DNA from: Acidobacteriota bacterium
GTDB taxonomy: Bacteria > Acidobacteriota > Polarisedimenticolia > J045
Assembly (NCBI GenBank): GCA_020350085.1
Contig: CP070706.1
Span: 3,542,780 to 3,584,436, forward strand
Length of the DNA stretch: 41,657 nucleotides
Direction: 5' to 3'
Position numbers and translations under genes: made by a program
Shown: one piece after another, positions 25,763 through 35,147 of the stretch
Layout: each line of letters opens with the position of its first letter
How positions within the stretch are numbered: position 1 is the first letter of the stretch
Notes under the pieces: generated by a model
Databases searched by the model: none
The model's input: only the letters and a program-made list of their open reading frames with translations
Told to the model about the DNA's origin: nothing

Positions 25763-27988
25763 TCAGTCCTCATCCGATGCGAACGTCAACTTGATCGAGC
25801 CGGTTCTTCCGGGGGCGATCGGAGCATCGTCGCGCGCCGAAGCGAGCAGCGGCTGATCGAGCAGATTCGTCACGCCGATTCGAAGCGTCACCCCGCGGCC
25901 GAGCGGCAAGCCGACGGCAACGTCGGCCGTGACGTAGCCCGGTGTGACGCGCTCTCCCGGACCGGGGTGCTCGTCGCGGGCGCGCGCGCGAAGCTCCGCG
26001 CGAAGCCAGCGACCGCGCTGATCGTGCCCGCTCCAGAGCACGTCGAGACCGTCCGCCGGAATGTCGGCCAGGGAGCGGTCGAAGCCGTCCTCTCCGCGTA
26101 AGCGGTGCAAGGTAAGCTGCCACTGCCCGGAGCGTGTGCTCGTCAACCCGGCCGTCAGCTCGAGCCCCCGTACGGTGGCACGGCCTGCGTTCGCGAAACG
26201 ATAGACGTCCAGACCGAGCGGCCCGGAGCCTGGCTGGTCGAAGTTGCGAACGATGACGTCTTCGATGCGCGTGTCGAACAGCGCGATCTCGACGAAGCGA
26301 TTCTTGCGCACCAGACGCCAGGCGACATCGACATGGCGCGAAACCTCCCGCTGGAGCTCGCGGTTGTCGATCAACAATCCGCGCCCCGTGATGCCGCGGT
26401 AGAACCGTTGCGAGAGGGTCGGTTCGCGAAAGCCGCGTGCGAGCTGCGCGACCAGGTGTCCTCCCCGGCCGAACGATGTGTCGAGCGCGAGCGTGCCCGC
26501 CGTCGCGGTCGTTCGCCGCACCTGAGTGCTCTCTGCCGAGCTGGCCTCGCTCTTGAGCGGCTCGAGGCGCAGGCCGGCACTGACCGCGACGCGCTCGGAG
26601 AGACGACGGTTCAGCTGCCCGAACAAAGCGATGGCGCGCTCGCTCGCGTCGAACAGCGGCCTCTCATCGAGCAACGTGGCCGCCTCGCCCAGAAGACCCG
26701 TTGCCGAAATCTTCGTTTCCACGTCGAAGCGCGAGCGCAGCTCCGCACCGGCGAGCCAGTCAAAGCTCTCTTGCTGACCGCGCCACAGTCCCCGGGCGCC
26801 CAGGTCGCGCTGCCGAGTGATCGCCGTGAGTGCCGAGACCGCCTGATCGTCCCCGACGCGGCGTTGTGTGACCGCCCTCTCGGCATCCGCGGCCCAGGCG
26901 ATGATTTCTCCCTCGCGCCGGCCGGGAATATCCAAATGCCAGGTGAGACGGTGCAGCGTCTCCTCGGGCACGACCGTCAGCCGGCCATCCTCCGCCGGCC
27001 CGAGGCGCTCGGCGTCCGCGAGCCGGTCCGTGCGGAGCCCGAGACGCATCAGCGTGCGGCCCGCGAGCCAGGTCTTGCCGGCAAAAAGGGATTGCTGGCG
27101 ATACTGCCCATCTAGCGGGGCTCCGTCCGCACCCCGCGGCGCCTTTCCGCGCCGCGATCCGGCCGCCACGGACCATCCGTCGCGCCGCCATCGCAGTGCC
27201 GCGGCATAGCCGCCGGCGTCTCCCTCGCGCCACTCCGTCTCGGCGGCGAGCCGACGAGGTCCGTCGACACCATCCCATGGGCTCTTGACGAGCACGACTC
27301 CGCCCATCGCCGCCGAGCCGTAGACCACGCTCGCGGGACCCCGCACGATGTCGATGCCGCCCCACGTCCCCTGCTCGAACACGCCTCCCGACACACCCGC
27401 GCGCCGCTCGGTCTGTATCGCCGCGCCGTCGAGCAGCAGGAGCGTGCGCCCCTGGCCCAGCCCGCGCAGCACGGGAACGGCGTCGGGATCTTCGACTGAG
27501 CGCTCGGTTCCTGGCAGCGAGGAGACGAGCTGCTGGAGCGAACCGCTCGCTCGCTCACTGATCTCGCGGGTGCTGAAGCTTCTCGTCGGTGCCGCCGGTG
27601 GCGCGTGGATCTGACCCGCCGCGGGTGCCGACACGTCGAGCGTGACCTGCCGGCCGGGATCGACCTGCAGCACGAGCTCCTCGTCGTCGCCGGCCTGCCG
27701 CGGAAGATCGACAACCAGTGTCGTCCCGTCAGCGAGCTCGACGAGCACCGTCGAGACGTCTGTCAGCGTGCCGGGCAGCTTGAAGCGCCCGTCCGGCCCG
27801 GTCACGGCCCCGCCGGTTGTCGCGACGGGAGTCACGCGCGCTCCGACGAGCGGGTCGCCGGCGAGGTCGATGAGCCGACCGCTCCAGGCTCGGGCCGGCG
27901 AGATGGCACAGACCGCCAGGATGGGCAGCCCCAGCAGCGCCATCACAGCAGCGCGGCGCTTAACCGATCTGTAACGGGGCGGGATCAT
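25763..27988 (-). CDS. TonB-dependent receptor with an N-terminal carboxypeptidase-regulatory-like domain
   Basis: Signal MALLGLPILAVCAISPARA, then GRLIDLAGDPLVGARVT...GPDGRFKL. The plug reads VPVLRGLGQGRTLLLLDGA...IDIVRGPASVVYGSAAMGGVV. A long beta-barrel region follows. Confidence 0.85.
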   Translation of the reverse strand: MIPPRYRSVKRRAAVMALLGLPILAVCAISPARAWSGRLIDLAGDPLVGARVTPVATTGGAVTGPDGRFKLPGTLTDVSTVLVELADGTTLVVDLPRQAGDDEELVLQVDPGRQVTLDVSAPAAGQIHAPPAAPTRSFSTREISERASGSLQQLVSSLPGTERSVEDPDAVPVLRGLGQGRTLLLLDGAAIQTERRAGVSGGVFEQGTWGGIDIVRGPASVVYGSAAMGGVVLVKSPWDGVDGPRRLAAETEWREGDAGGYAAALRWRRDGWSVAAGSRRGKAPRGADGAPLDGQYRQQSLFAGKTWLAGRTLMRLGLRTDRLADAERLGPAEDGRLTVVPEETLHRLTWHLDIPGRREGEIIAWAADAERAVTQRRVGDDQAVSALTAITRQRDLGARGLWRGQQESFDWLAGAELRSRFDVETKISATGLLGEAATLLDERPLFDASERAIALFGQLNRRLSERVAVSAGLRLEPLKSEASSAESTQVRRTTATAGTLALDTSFGRGGHLVAQLARGFREPTLSQRFYRGITGRGLLIDNRELQREVSRHVDVAWRLVRKNRFVEIALFDTRIEDVIVRNFDQPGSGPLGLDVYRFANAGRATVRGLELTAGLTSTRSGQWQLTLHRLRGEDGFDRSLADIPADGLDVLWSGHDQRGRWLRAELRARARDEHPGPGERVTPGYVTADVAVGLPLGRGVTLRIGVTNLLDQPLLASARDDAPIAPGRTGSIKLTFASDED

Positions 27989-28061
27989 GGTCGCGATGGC
28001 TATACTCGCGGGCTTTCCGCTCCCGCTCGGTCGGGGGGCGATGACGAGAGGAGCCGTTCGT

Positions 28062-29039
28062 ATGAGCCGAGCCGCCATCCTGCCCCGAAAAGCAGGCGCC
28101 CGCACACCCCAGATCGGTCGTTACGGCGTGACCGCTGTTGCGGCTGGCCTGCTCTCGCTGTCGAGCGGCGGGCTGCTGCTCGCCCAGAATCCCGAAGAAG
28201 TCGAGGTTCGTGTGACGCACGTCGCCGGGACGGTGCACATGCTGGAGGGTGCCGGAGGAAACGTCGGTGTCTCTGCCGGACCGGACGGGGTGCTGCTCGT
28301 GGACGACCAGTTCGACTGGATGGCGGACAAGATCCGCGCTGCGATTGCGAAGCTCGGCTCCGACAAGCCGCGCTTCGTGCTCAACACGCACTGGCACGGC
28401 GATCACACGGGAGGCAATGCCAGCTTTGCCGCCAACGGAACGCTCATCGCTCATCGCAGGGTCCGCGAGCGGCTGGCCGAAGGTCTGCGACGCGATTCGG
28501 GACGCGAAACCCCTCCCGCTCCGCCCGAGGCGCTGCCGGTGATCTCCTTCGACGAGTCGCTCACGGTGCACTTCAACGGCGAAACGATCGTCGCGCTTCA
28601 CTTTCCGCACAGTCATACGGACGGTGACAGCGTGATCTACTTCGAGCAAGCCAACGTCGTGCACATGGGCGATCTGTTCTTCTCCGGCCGGTTCCCGTTC
28701 ATCGACCTCGAAAGCGGGGGCAGCGTCGAGGGGCTGATTCACGCCGTTGAGAGTGTGCTGGCACGCATTCCGGCGGACGCCAAGCTGATTCCAGGTCACG
28801 GGCCGCTCTCGAAGCCGAGCGACCTCGAGGCGTACCACGAGATGCTGATCTCCACGAGCGCCCTCGTCCGCCAGCAGATCGCTTCGGGCAAATCGCTCGA
28901 GGAAATCCAGCAGCTCGGCCTGGGCGAGCGCTGGCAGAGCTGGTCGTGGCAGTTCATCGACGAGCAGCGATTCATCGAGACCCTCTATCGCGGTCTCGCG
29001 GGACAGCCCTTCCCCGCCGGGTCGTACAAGCAGCATTAA
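28062..29039 (+). CDS. secreted MBL-fold metallo-hydrolase
   Basis: NTHWHGDHTGGN (HxHxDH), HSHTDGD and PGHGP. There is a signal-like N-terminus. GAGAGGAG lies 8 nt before the ATG at 28062; the track ORF starts at 27987. Confidence 0.85.
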   Translation: MSRAAILPRKAGARTPQIGRYGVTAVAAGLLSLSSGGLLLAQNPEEVEVRVTHVAGTVHMLEGAGGNVGVSAGPDGVLLVDDQFDWMADKIRAAIAKLGSDKPRFVLNTHWHGDHTGGNASFAANGTLIAHRRVRERLAEGLRRDSGRETPPAPPEALPVISFDESLTVHFNGETIVALHFPHSHTDGDSVIYFEQANVVHMGDLFFSGRFPFIDLESGGSVEGLIHAVESVLARIPADAKLIPGHGPLSKPSDLEAYHEMLISTSALVRQQIASGKSLEEIQQLGLGERWQSWSWQFIDEQRFIETLYRGLAGQPFPAGSYKQH

Positions 29040-29082
29040 TCAGCAGCACCGGCTGGCCCGGCGATACTCGATAATCCTGGGC

Positions 29083-30198
29083 ATGAGACTGCTTCTCGTC
29101 GGCGCGGGCCATGGTCATCTGCACGTTCTCGGGCAGACCCGCCGGCTGGCGAGCTGCGGGCTCGAGGTCACGCTCGTAGCGCCGGATCGGTTTTGGTATT
29201 CCGGCATGGGACCGGGGCTTTTGTCCGGCCGCTACTCGATCGAGGACGACACGGTCGATGTCGGACGACTGATCGAGCGCGCTGGCGGGGCGTTCGTTGC
29301 CGCTCGAGTCGAGAGGATCGACCCGAGTGACAGATCGGTCCAGCTCAGCGACGGCGGCACGCTCGGGTTCGACCTCTTGTCGCTCAACGTCGGCAGCGAA
29401 GTGGCGTTCGAAGAAGTCTCCGGGGCCGCGGACCGGGCGCTGCCGGTCAAGCCGGTGCGCCATCTGTTCGAGCTTCGCAAGCGATGGCTGACGCAGCGCC
29501 GGATCGGCCGTGTCGCCGTCGTCGGTGGCGGGCCGGCCGGATGCGAGATCGCCGCCAACATCGTCGAGCTGGCGCGTACGAGTCGTCTCGACGCGAAGGT
29601 GACGCTGATCACCCGCTCGAGTCGTCTGTTGGCAGCGCACGGAGCGCGCGCTGGGAGTCTGGTCGCACGCTGGCTGAGCCGGCGCGGCGTCGAGTTGCGC
29701 TATGAGACGAGTGTGTCTCGCATAGACGCGGGGGCGGTCGGGCTCGAAGGGGGCGAGAATCTGCCTCACGACGACGTCGTCATGGCGACGGGCGTCCGGC
29801 CACCGTCTTTGGCACGGCGAAGCGGTCTCGCCTGCGATCGCGAAGGAGCCTTGATCGTCGATCAGACGCTGCAGAGCGTCGCGCATCCCGGTCTTTTCGG
29901 AGTCGGCGACGCGATCACGCTCAAAGGCCGGCCACTGGCGCGAGTCGGGGTCTACGCCGTGCGGCAAGCACCGATTCTGCTCCGCAATCTGCTGTCCTAC
30001 GCCTCGGGTGGCGATTTGGACCGCTTCGAGCCTCAACGTCGATTCCTGCTGATTCTGAACCTGGGCGACGGCCACGGGCTGATGCTTTACGGCGGTATCG
30101 TGCTGCAGGGGCGCTGGGTCTTTCGCATCAAGGACTGGCTCGACCGGCGTTTCGTGCGGAGCCACCAGCAGGCGGCGATCGAGCAAGCCCCCCCGTGA
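29083..30198 (+). CDS. FAD-dependent pyridine nucleotide-disulfide oxidoreductase family protein (TIGR03169-like, the 'N-terminal to SelD' family)
   Basis: MRLLLVGAGHGHLHVL...WYSGMGPGLLSGRY...FDLLSLNVGSE...VAVVGGGPAGCEIA...VGDA. This matches my recollection of that family's consensus (GGGHAH, YSGMLPG, LS.n.GS). Confidence 0.7.
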   Translation: MRLLLVGAGHGHLHVLGQTRRLASCGLEVTLVAPDRFWYSGMGPGLLSGRYSIEDDTVDVGRLIERAGGAFVAARVERIDPSDRSVQLSDGGTLGFDLLSLNVGSEVAFEEVSGAADRALPVKPVRHLFELRKRWLTQRRIGRVAVVGGGPAGCEIAANIVELARTSRLDAKVTLITRSSRLLAAHGARAGSLVARWLSRRGVELRYETSVSRIDAGAVGLEGGENLPHDDVVMATGVRPPSLARRSGLACDREGALIVDQTLQSVAHPGLFGVGDAITLKGRPLARVGVYAVRQAPILLRNLLSYASGGDLDRFEPQRRFLLILNLGDGHGLMLYGGIVLQGRWVFRIKDWLDRRFVRSHQQAAIEQAPP

Positions 30199-30204
30199 CG
30201 CGGC

Positions 30205-31020
30205 TCAGGTGAGGTGCCGCGGCGCGCTAGCGTCCGGGCTTGTCAGCGTTCGCTGCGCCTCGCGGTAGAGCTGCTCAGCGTGACCGAACTCCATGGGAAG
30301 ACTCGAGGCGATCGGTCGCCAGCCTCGCCGCGCTTCGACCAGCAGCAACGAAACGGCTTGGCCGGGACGATACAGCTCGCGAAATGCGGCGGGTATGCGG
30401 ACGGGCGCATACGGCGCTTCACCGGGAACCGAGACAGCCACGCCGTCACGTGAGCTGCTCTCGATCACGAACCGGCCCTCGATCAAGTGTTCGTCGACAT
30501 CGTCACCTTCACGGCCTCCAGCCAACGGCGGCATGATCTGACACTCGAGCGCGCGCTGCAGTCGGTGAAAACGACGGAGCAGCGGGCTCGCTCCTCGATG
30601 GGCCGTCTCGAAGCGAGACAGCTCTCGAGATCCGCACAGAGCGTGGCGGCAACACCAGCGGGCCAGTCGGAGTGTCTCTCGCTCGAAGCTGGGAATCAGC
30701 GCCGCACTGAGCAGGTTGGCGTAGGGAAACAAGCGCACGCAGCAACCCAGAGCAGCCACGAGCCGTGTCGCGCGCGTGCGGTTCGCGCCGCACGACCAGC
30801 TGGGGGGGCGAGTATCCTCGGCCGGTGGGTCGAAGAAGCGGGCCAGCATCTGCAGCACGAGTTCGAGCAGCGGCCGTTGCTCCTCGACGATCGAGCCGCT
30901 GCGATCCTCCGCATAGGCTTCCAGTGCGTCGAGTACCGTCTGCGGCCCTTGGTCTCGTTCTGCGCCGCCAGGCAGGACCACGAGCTTGCGGTGGGTGGTC
31001 GGTTCGTCCTCTCTCGTCAT
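30205..31020 (-). CDS. hypothetical protein with paired-Cys motifs
   Basis: 271 aa ORF with normal composition. Contains LGCCVRLF and RWCCRHALCG. The overlapping 416 aa (+) and 390 aa (-) ORFs are Arg-rich and span two genes, so they are probably spurious. Confidence 0.5.
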   Translation of the reverse strand: MTREDEPTTHRKLVVLPGGAERDQGPQTVLDALEAYAEDRSGSIVEEQRPLLELVLQMLARFFDPPAEDTRPPSWSCGANRTRATRLVAALGCCVRLFPYANLLSAALIPSFERETLRLARWCCRHALCGSRELSRFETAHRGASPLLRRFHRLQRALECQIMPPLAGGREGDDVDEHLIEGRFVIESSSRDGVAVSVPGEAPYAPVRIPAAFRELYRPGQAVSLLLVEARRGWRPIASSLPMEFGHAEQLYREAQRTLTSPDASAPRHLT

Positions 31021-31137
31021 GAAGGCAGGCTAGAGCGTCAGCGGCTCGCTCGATACCCCTTCTGCCGCGCGCGGTCCCGCGAGCGGGAATCGACCTGCGG
31101 GCCGACCTCGTTCGCGGGCTGCGTGGCGCGCGCCGGA

Positions 31138-31863
31138 TCAGAACCGCCAGGCGAAGCCGGCGCGGATCTCCCGGCCGGACAGATCGAGCGTACCGAGCCC
31201 CTCGAACTGCTCGTCCAACTCGTCGTCGGCCTCGTGCCAGCGTCCCTCGACGAAAAGCGACCACTCGCGACGAATCGGCACGTCGAGACCCGCAATCAGG
31301 TAGTAGCCGAGCGTCACACCGTCGGACTCGAAGGCGTCGAAGACGATCGGCTCGAGCGGAGCGGCGAAATCGATGAAGTCGCCCACTTCCGTGTAGCGCC
31401 ACCAGTAGAAGCCGGCTCCAGCACCGAGATACGGGGCGAACGTCGCCCTGCGCCCCGCCGGGAAAAACAAGAACCCCACCGTCAGCGGCGTGATCTGCAG
31501 CTTCGTCTCGTGCACGATTCCGGGATCTTCCCGGTAGCCCTGATCCGCGCGGGCGTCGACGTGCTCGAGCGAGAACAGGACACCACCCCACTGCCCGCGG
31601 CCGAGCAAGAAATCGGCGCCAACGCTCGTGTCCTCGAAGCTGCTCGCCGTACCGGTGAACTCGAAGAACGTCGCGTCCCAAAAGTCGGAATTGGCGTCAG
31701 GCTCGTACAAGCCGATCCCGAGCCGGAAGGCGTCTGAGGCCGGCGCAGGGGCGTGTCCTCCACGCCTGTAGTGACGTGGCCCGCCAGCCAGGGCCGAGGG
31801 CACCACCAGGCACGTTGCGGCGAGAATCAGCACCACCGATCGGGCCTTCGTGTTCGCAGTCAT
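31138..31863 (-). CDS. outer-membrane beta-barrel protein (OmpW/porin-like)
   Basis: GGAGGTGACC lies before the ATG at 31861-31863. Signal VVLILAATCLVVPSALA, alternating beta-strand pattern, and C-terminal ...RAGFAWRF. Confidence 0.7.
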   Translation of the reverse strand: MTANTKARSVVLILAATCLVVPSALAGGPRHYRRGGHAPAPASDAFRLGIGLYEPDANSDFWDATFFEFTGTASSFEDTSVGADFLLGRGQWGGVLFSLEHVDARADQGYREDPGIVHETKLQITPLTVGFLFFPAGRRATFAPYLGAGAGFYWWRYTEVGDFIDFAAPLEPIVFDAFESDGVTLGYYLIAGLDVPIRREWSLFVEGRWHEADDELDEQFEGLGTLDLSGREIRAGFAWRF

Positions 31864-32063
31864 GGTCACCTCCAAAGCCGCGTTCGGGCCCCTGTGCTCG
31901 AAACGGGGCCTTTCGCCCGAGTGGAGAGCAAGCGGCATGCCATGAGCTGTCCGCCGACCACTAGCCGGCGTGCAGAGCAAAGCCTTTTGTTTGCAATGTG
32001 TTGAGAACGCAGCCCGAGTCACTCGAGAACGAGCTGCCCACCCTGGAGGACGCGCGAGACGCC

Positions 32064-34028
32064 TCAGGAGGACGGATCGCGGACCGCCTTGCCGTCGTCG
32101 TAGCGCAAGGCTTCGGCGCCGCCCTTGACGCCCGGACGCCCCGGAAAAGCGCGGCGTTCAGCCACGTCGGATCCGATCAGCCCGTCGAGAATCGCCAACG
32201 GCTCAACCTCGAGCGCCCTCGGACCGCTGATCAGCAGGCCCTCGACGGCGCGGTGCACCGCTTCGGCCAGCTCGCGGGCGATCTCGAGACCCATCTCGGC
32301 CTCGCGGCCCTGCTTTTCCGCCTTCGCCATGCGCTCGAGGATCGCCGACGGCACGTGGACGCCGGGGACCTCGGCCGCCAGGTGCTCGGCCTCGCGGAGG
32401 GATCCGAGCGGATGGATCGTCGCCACGATCGGCACTCGGACGTGGGCGACGAGTCCCGCGAACCGCTCGAAAGACTCGAGGTCGAACACGGGGCTCGTCA
32501 CAGCGAACTCCGCACCAGCATCGACCTTCCACTCGAAGCGCCGGACCTCTTCGTCGAGATCGGGTGCGGCGATCGTGGCCAGCACCCCACTGAAAAAGGC
32601 CGTCGGATCACCGATCGGATTGTCGCCGACGTCGAGACCGTGATTGAGGCGTGTGACGACGTTGGTCAACCCGATCGCGTCGATATCGAAGACCCCACTG
32701 CTCCAGGACGACTCGCCCGGCCGCGGTGCCTGGCCGGTGAGCAACATCAAGTTTCTGAGCCCGAGAGCGTGTGCGCCGAGCAGGTCCGACTGCATGCCGT
32801 CGAGGGCGCGGTCGCGGCAGCTGTACTGGAGGACGGTCTCTGTGGGTCCGGCGGCGGCGACGCGCTCCATCACGAGGCGTGCCAGGGCGAGCGAGCTCAT
32901 GCGCGCCATGGCCCGCGGATCATCCGTCACCATCAGGCCGTCCACGCCAGCTCGAGCCAGCTGCTCGGCCCGGCCGAGTAGCTGCGCCGTTTCCCAGCCG
33001 TGAGGTGGAGCCAACTCGACCAGACAGGCGAACCTGCCGTGAGCTACCTGTCGAGCCAGGCGCGATTTCTGCTCGCGCGGCACGGTTCGGGGGGCTGGCG
33101 CGGTGGAAGGCGAGCGGGGCGGCGCGACGACGACACGCGGAACGACACGCCGGCCGGCAGCCTCTCCGAGCGCCTCCCGCATCGACCGCACGTGCTCGGG
33201 GGTCACGCCGCAGCAGCCTCCGACGACGCGGGCTCCCGCGCGAACGAAGCGCCGCGCGTAGCGACCCATGTAGGCCGGCGAGGTCAAGTACAGCATGCGT
33301 CCGTCGACGGTGCGCGGAATTCCCGCATTGGGCATCGCCGCCAGCGGACGGGACGTGCTCGCGGCCATCGCCTCGATGACGGACAGCATCGAAGCCGGTC
33401 CGACCGAGCAGTTCACGCCGAGCAGCTCGGCGCCGGTGGCCTCGAGCTTCTGAGCGATCCACTCGGGAGGAACGCCTTCTGGCGTACGTCCTTCCTCGTC
33501 GACGGTCATCATCGCGATCACGGGCAGCTCGCCGCTCTCGCGCACGGCGCGTACCGCCGCCTGGATCTCGACCAGATCGCTGAAAGTCTCGAGAGAGAGC
33601 AGATCCACGCCGCCCTCGACGAGCCCCTGGACCTGCTCGCGAAACAGCGCCACCGCCTCATCGACGGTGGTCGGTCCCCAAGGCTCGAGCCGGATGCCCA
33701 GCGGTCCGACGGAGCCGGCAACGAAGACGCGGCCGTTGGCCGCCTTGCACGCCAGCTGGGCGCCGGCGCGATTGATTTCGCGCGTTCGACCACCCAGACC
33801 GTGTGCTTCGAGTTTGGGGCGGTTGGCGGCAAACGTGTTGGTCTCGATCACATCGGCGCCGGCGCGGATGAACTCGGTATGGCTGCGCTCGACGAGCTGC
33901 GGGCGGGACAGATTCAGCTCTTCGTAGCAGCGGTTGAGGAACACACCGCGGCTGTAGATCTCCGTGCCCATACCCCCGTCGAAGAGGGCCACGCGTTCGG
34001 CGACGAAATCGAGAAAGAGATGCTTCAA
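32064..34028 (-). CDS. yitJ: bifunctional homocysteine S-methyltransferase / methylenetetrahydrofolate reductase
   Basis: The N-terminal half reads LFDGGMGTEIY...VIETNTFAAN...GGCCGVTPEHV (homocysteine-binding domain). The C-terminal half is MTHFR-like (FACLVELAPP...). The probable TTG start at 34026-34028 is preceded by GGGAGA; the track ORF extends to 34190. Confidence 0.85.
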   Translation of the reverse strand: MKHLFLDFVAERVALFDGGMGTEIYSRGVFLNRCYEELNLSRPQLVERSHTEFIRAGADVIETNTFAANRPKLEAHGLGGRTREINRAGAQLACKAANGRVFVAGSVGPLGIRLEPWGPTTVDEAVALFREQVQGLVEGGVDLLSLETFSDLVEIQAAVRAVRESGELPVIAMMTVDEEGRTPEGVPPEWIAQKLEATGAELLGVNCSVGPASMLSVIEAMAASTSRPLAAMPNAGIPRTVDGRMLYLTSPAYMGRYARRFVRAGARVVGGCCGVTPEHVRSMREALGEAAGRRVVPRVVVAPPRSPSTAPAPRTVPREQKSRLARQVAHGRFACLVELAPPHGWETAQLLGRAEQLARAGVDGLMVTDDPRAMARMSSLALARLVMERVAAAGPTETVLQYSCRDRALDGMQSDLLGAHALGLRNLMLLTGQAPRPGESSWSSGVFDIDAIGLTNVVTRLNHGLDVGDNPIGDPTAFFSGVLATIAAPDLDEEVRRFEWKVDAGAEFAVTSPVFDLESFERFAGLVAHVRVPIVATIHPLGSLREAEHLAAEVPGVHVPSAILERMAKAEKQGREAEMGLEIARELAEAVHRAVEGLLISGPRALEVEPLAILDGLIGSDVAERRAFPGRPGVKGGAEALRYDDGKAVRDPSS

Positions 34029-34182
34029 TGCGGCCGATTCTCCCGCCGGCAGGCGCTCGCCGCCGCCAGCTGGTGATCCTGACCCCCGTCCGAGGGGGCG
34101 TTTCCCAGTATTCCACACGCCGTGGCCGGAGTCGCTGACGTCCGGGAAGTCGGCGGCGGCTCCGCGCTCGCGGGTCCACGCA

Positions 34183-34222
34183 GGTAGCAAAGGAGGCCGC
34201 CCCGTGGCGACCCCTTTGCTCC
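34183..34222 (-). other. long GC-rich stem-loop in the OmpA/yitJ intergenic region
   Basis: AGCAAAGG (34186-34193) pairs with CCTTTGCT (34213-34220), and pairing continues inward to an ACGG/CCGT loop. That gives about 16 bp with one bulge. No U tract follows on either strand. Confidence 0.4.
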
Positions 34223-34301
34223 ATCGGGATGCAGCGAGCCTCGGCTCTTCGAATCCGAGCCGCGTACTCGCTCGATACCGTGCGGTGCTGTCGCGGCCGG
34301 A

Positions 34302-34946
34302 CTACTCGAGCACGAGTACTTCGACGCGGCGATTGGCGCTCCGGCCAGCGCGTGTCGAGTTGTCCGCGATCGGCCGGCTCTCGCCGTAGGAGATGACCGA
34401 CATCAGGTTGAGCGGCACGCCCTTCTCGTGCAGGAAGTCGCGCACCGCTTCGGCCCGCTTGAGTCCGAGCGCCTTGTTATAGGCCGGGTTGCCCGTGGCG
34501 TCGGTGTGGCCCTGAATCTCGATGAAGACCAGCTTGCCGAGGCCCGTGATCCTGCTGACGAGGCCTTCGAGGGCGCGAGCGCCATCGGGCTTGATCTCGG
34601 TCCGGTCGAGATCGAACACGCACTCGCGATTGGTGAGCATCGTTTTCCAGAGAACCTTGCCCGCGGCGCGATCGTAGGCTTCGTTGGCGCGGCTCAGCGC
34701 CTGCCCGGCCGTGGACTCGGCTTTGGTCGCCGTCGAGGCAGCGCCCTGAACGTCCCGCCCGAGCTTGTCTCCCATGGACCTTAGACCGTCGATCTCCTCG
34801 CCCTGCTGCTCGACCGTGCTCTGAATGCCGTCCACCCGGGTGTTGACGTCGGCCAGCCCGGTCTCCCACTTCTTTTTCGCCGTGCAGCCCATGGAAAGGG
34901 CCGCAGCCACTCCGATCAGGCAGATCACCGCCGTCGTCGCTTTCAT
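34302..34946 (-). CDS. OmpA-family lipoprotein with a coiled-coil N-terminal region
   Basis: GAGGAGGTGGACCG lies before the ATG at 34944-34946. Lipobox LSMGC. The C-terminal OmpA domain reads IEIQGHTDATGNPAYNKALGLKRAEAVRDFL...GESRPIADN...GRSANRRVEV. Confidence 0.85.
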   Translation of the reverse strand: MKATTAVICLIGVAAALSMGCTAKKKWETGLADVNTRVDGIQSTVEQQGEEIDGLRSMGDKLGRDVQGAASTATKAESTAGQALSRANEAYDRAAGKVLWKTMLTNRECVFDLDRTEIKPDGARALEGLVSRITGLGKLVFIEIQGHTDATGNPAYNKALGLKRAEAVRDFLHEKGVPLNLMSVISYGESRPIADNSTRAGRSANRRVEVLVLE

Positions 34947-35038
34947 CGGTCCACCTCCTCGCTCATAGCGTCCACTGTCCGCCGCCCCGAGCCTCGGACT
35001 CGAGGGCGCTACCCGCGCCATCACGGGCGAAGCGCGGG

Positions 35039-35067
35039 ATTATACAATTCTAACTCGCTGGCGACAG
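35039..35067 (-). promoter_or_regulatory. candidate promoter of the OmpA-family gene
   Basis: A perfect TATAAT (35039-35044) on the minus strand inside an AT-rich island (GTTAGAATTGTATAAT). A weak -35 (CTGTCG, 35062-67) lies 17 nt upstream. Confidence 0.45.
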
Positions 35068-35147
35068 GGTTTATCGGTTGCCGCCGCCAGATATGTTTTC
35101 GCCGTGCGGATCGCTGCTGAAGCGCAGACCGTCACGAGCGATTCGGC

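Noticed and set aside
27986-27989. Apparently overlapping divergent start codons (GATCATGG) of the TonB-dependent receptor and the MBL ORF
   Set aside because: The MBL gene more likely starts at the SD-preceded ATG at 28062. That leaves an ordinary ~70 bp divergent intergenic region.
30487-31737. 416-aa (+) ORF, and the 390-aa (-) ORF at 30509..31681
   Set aside because: Both span the boundary between two better-supported genes (the hypothetical at 30205..31020 and the OM barrel at 31138..31863). Both have Arg/Pro-rich low-complexity translations.
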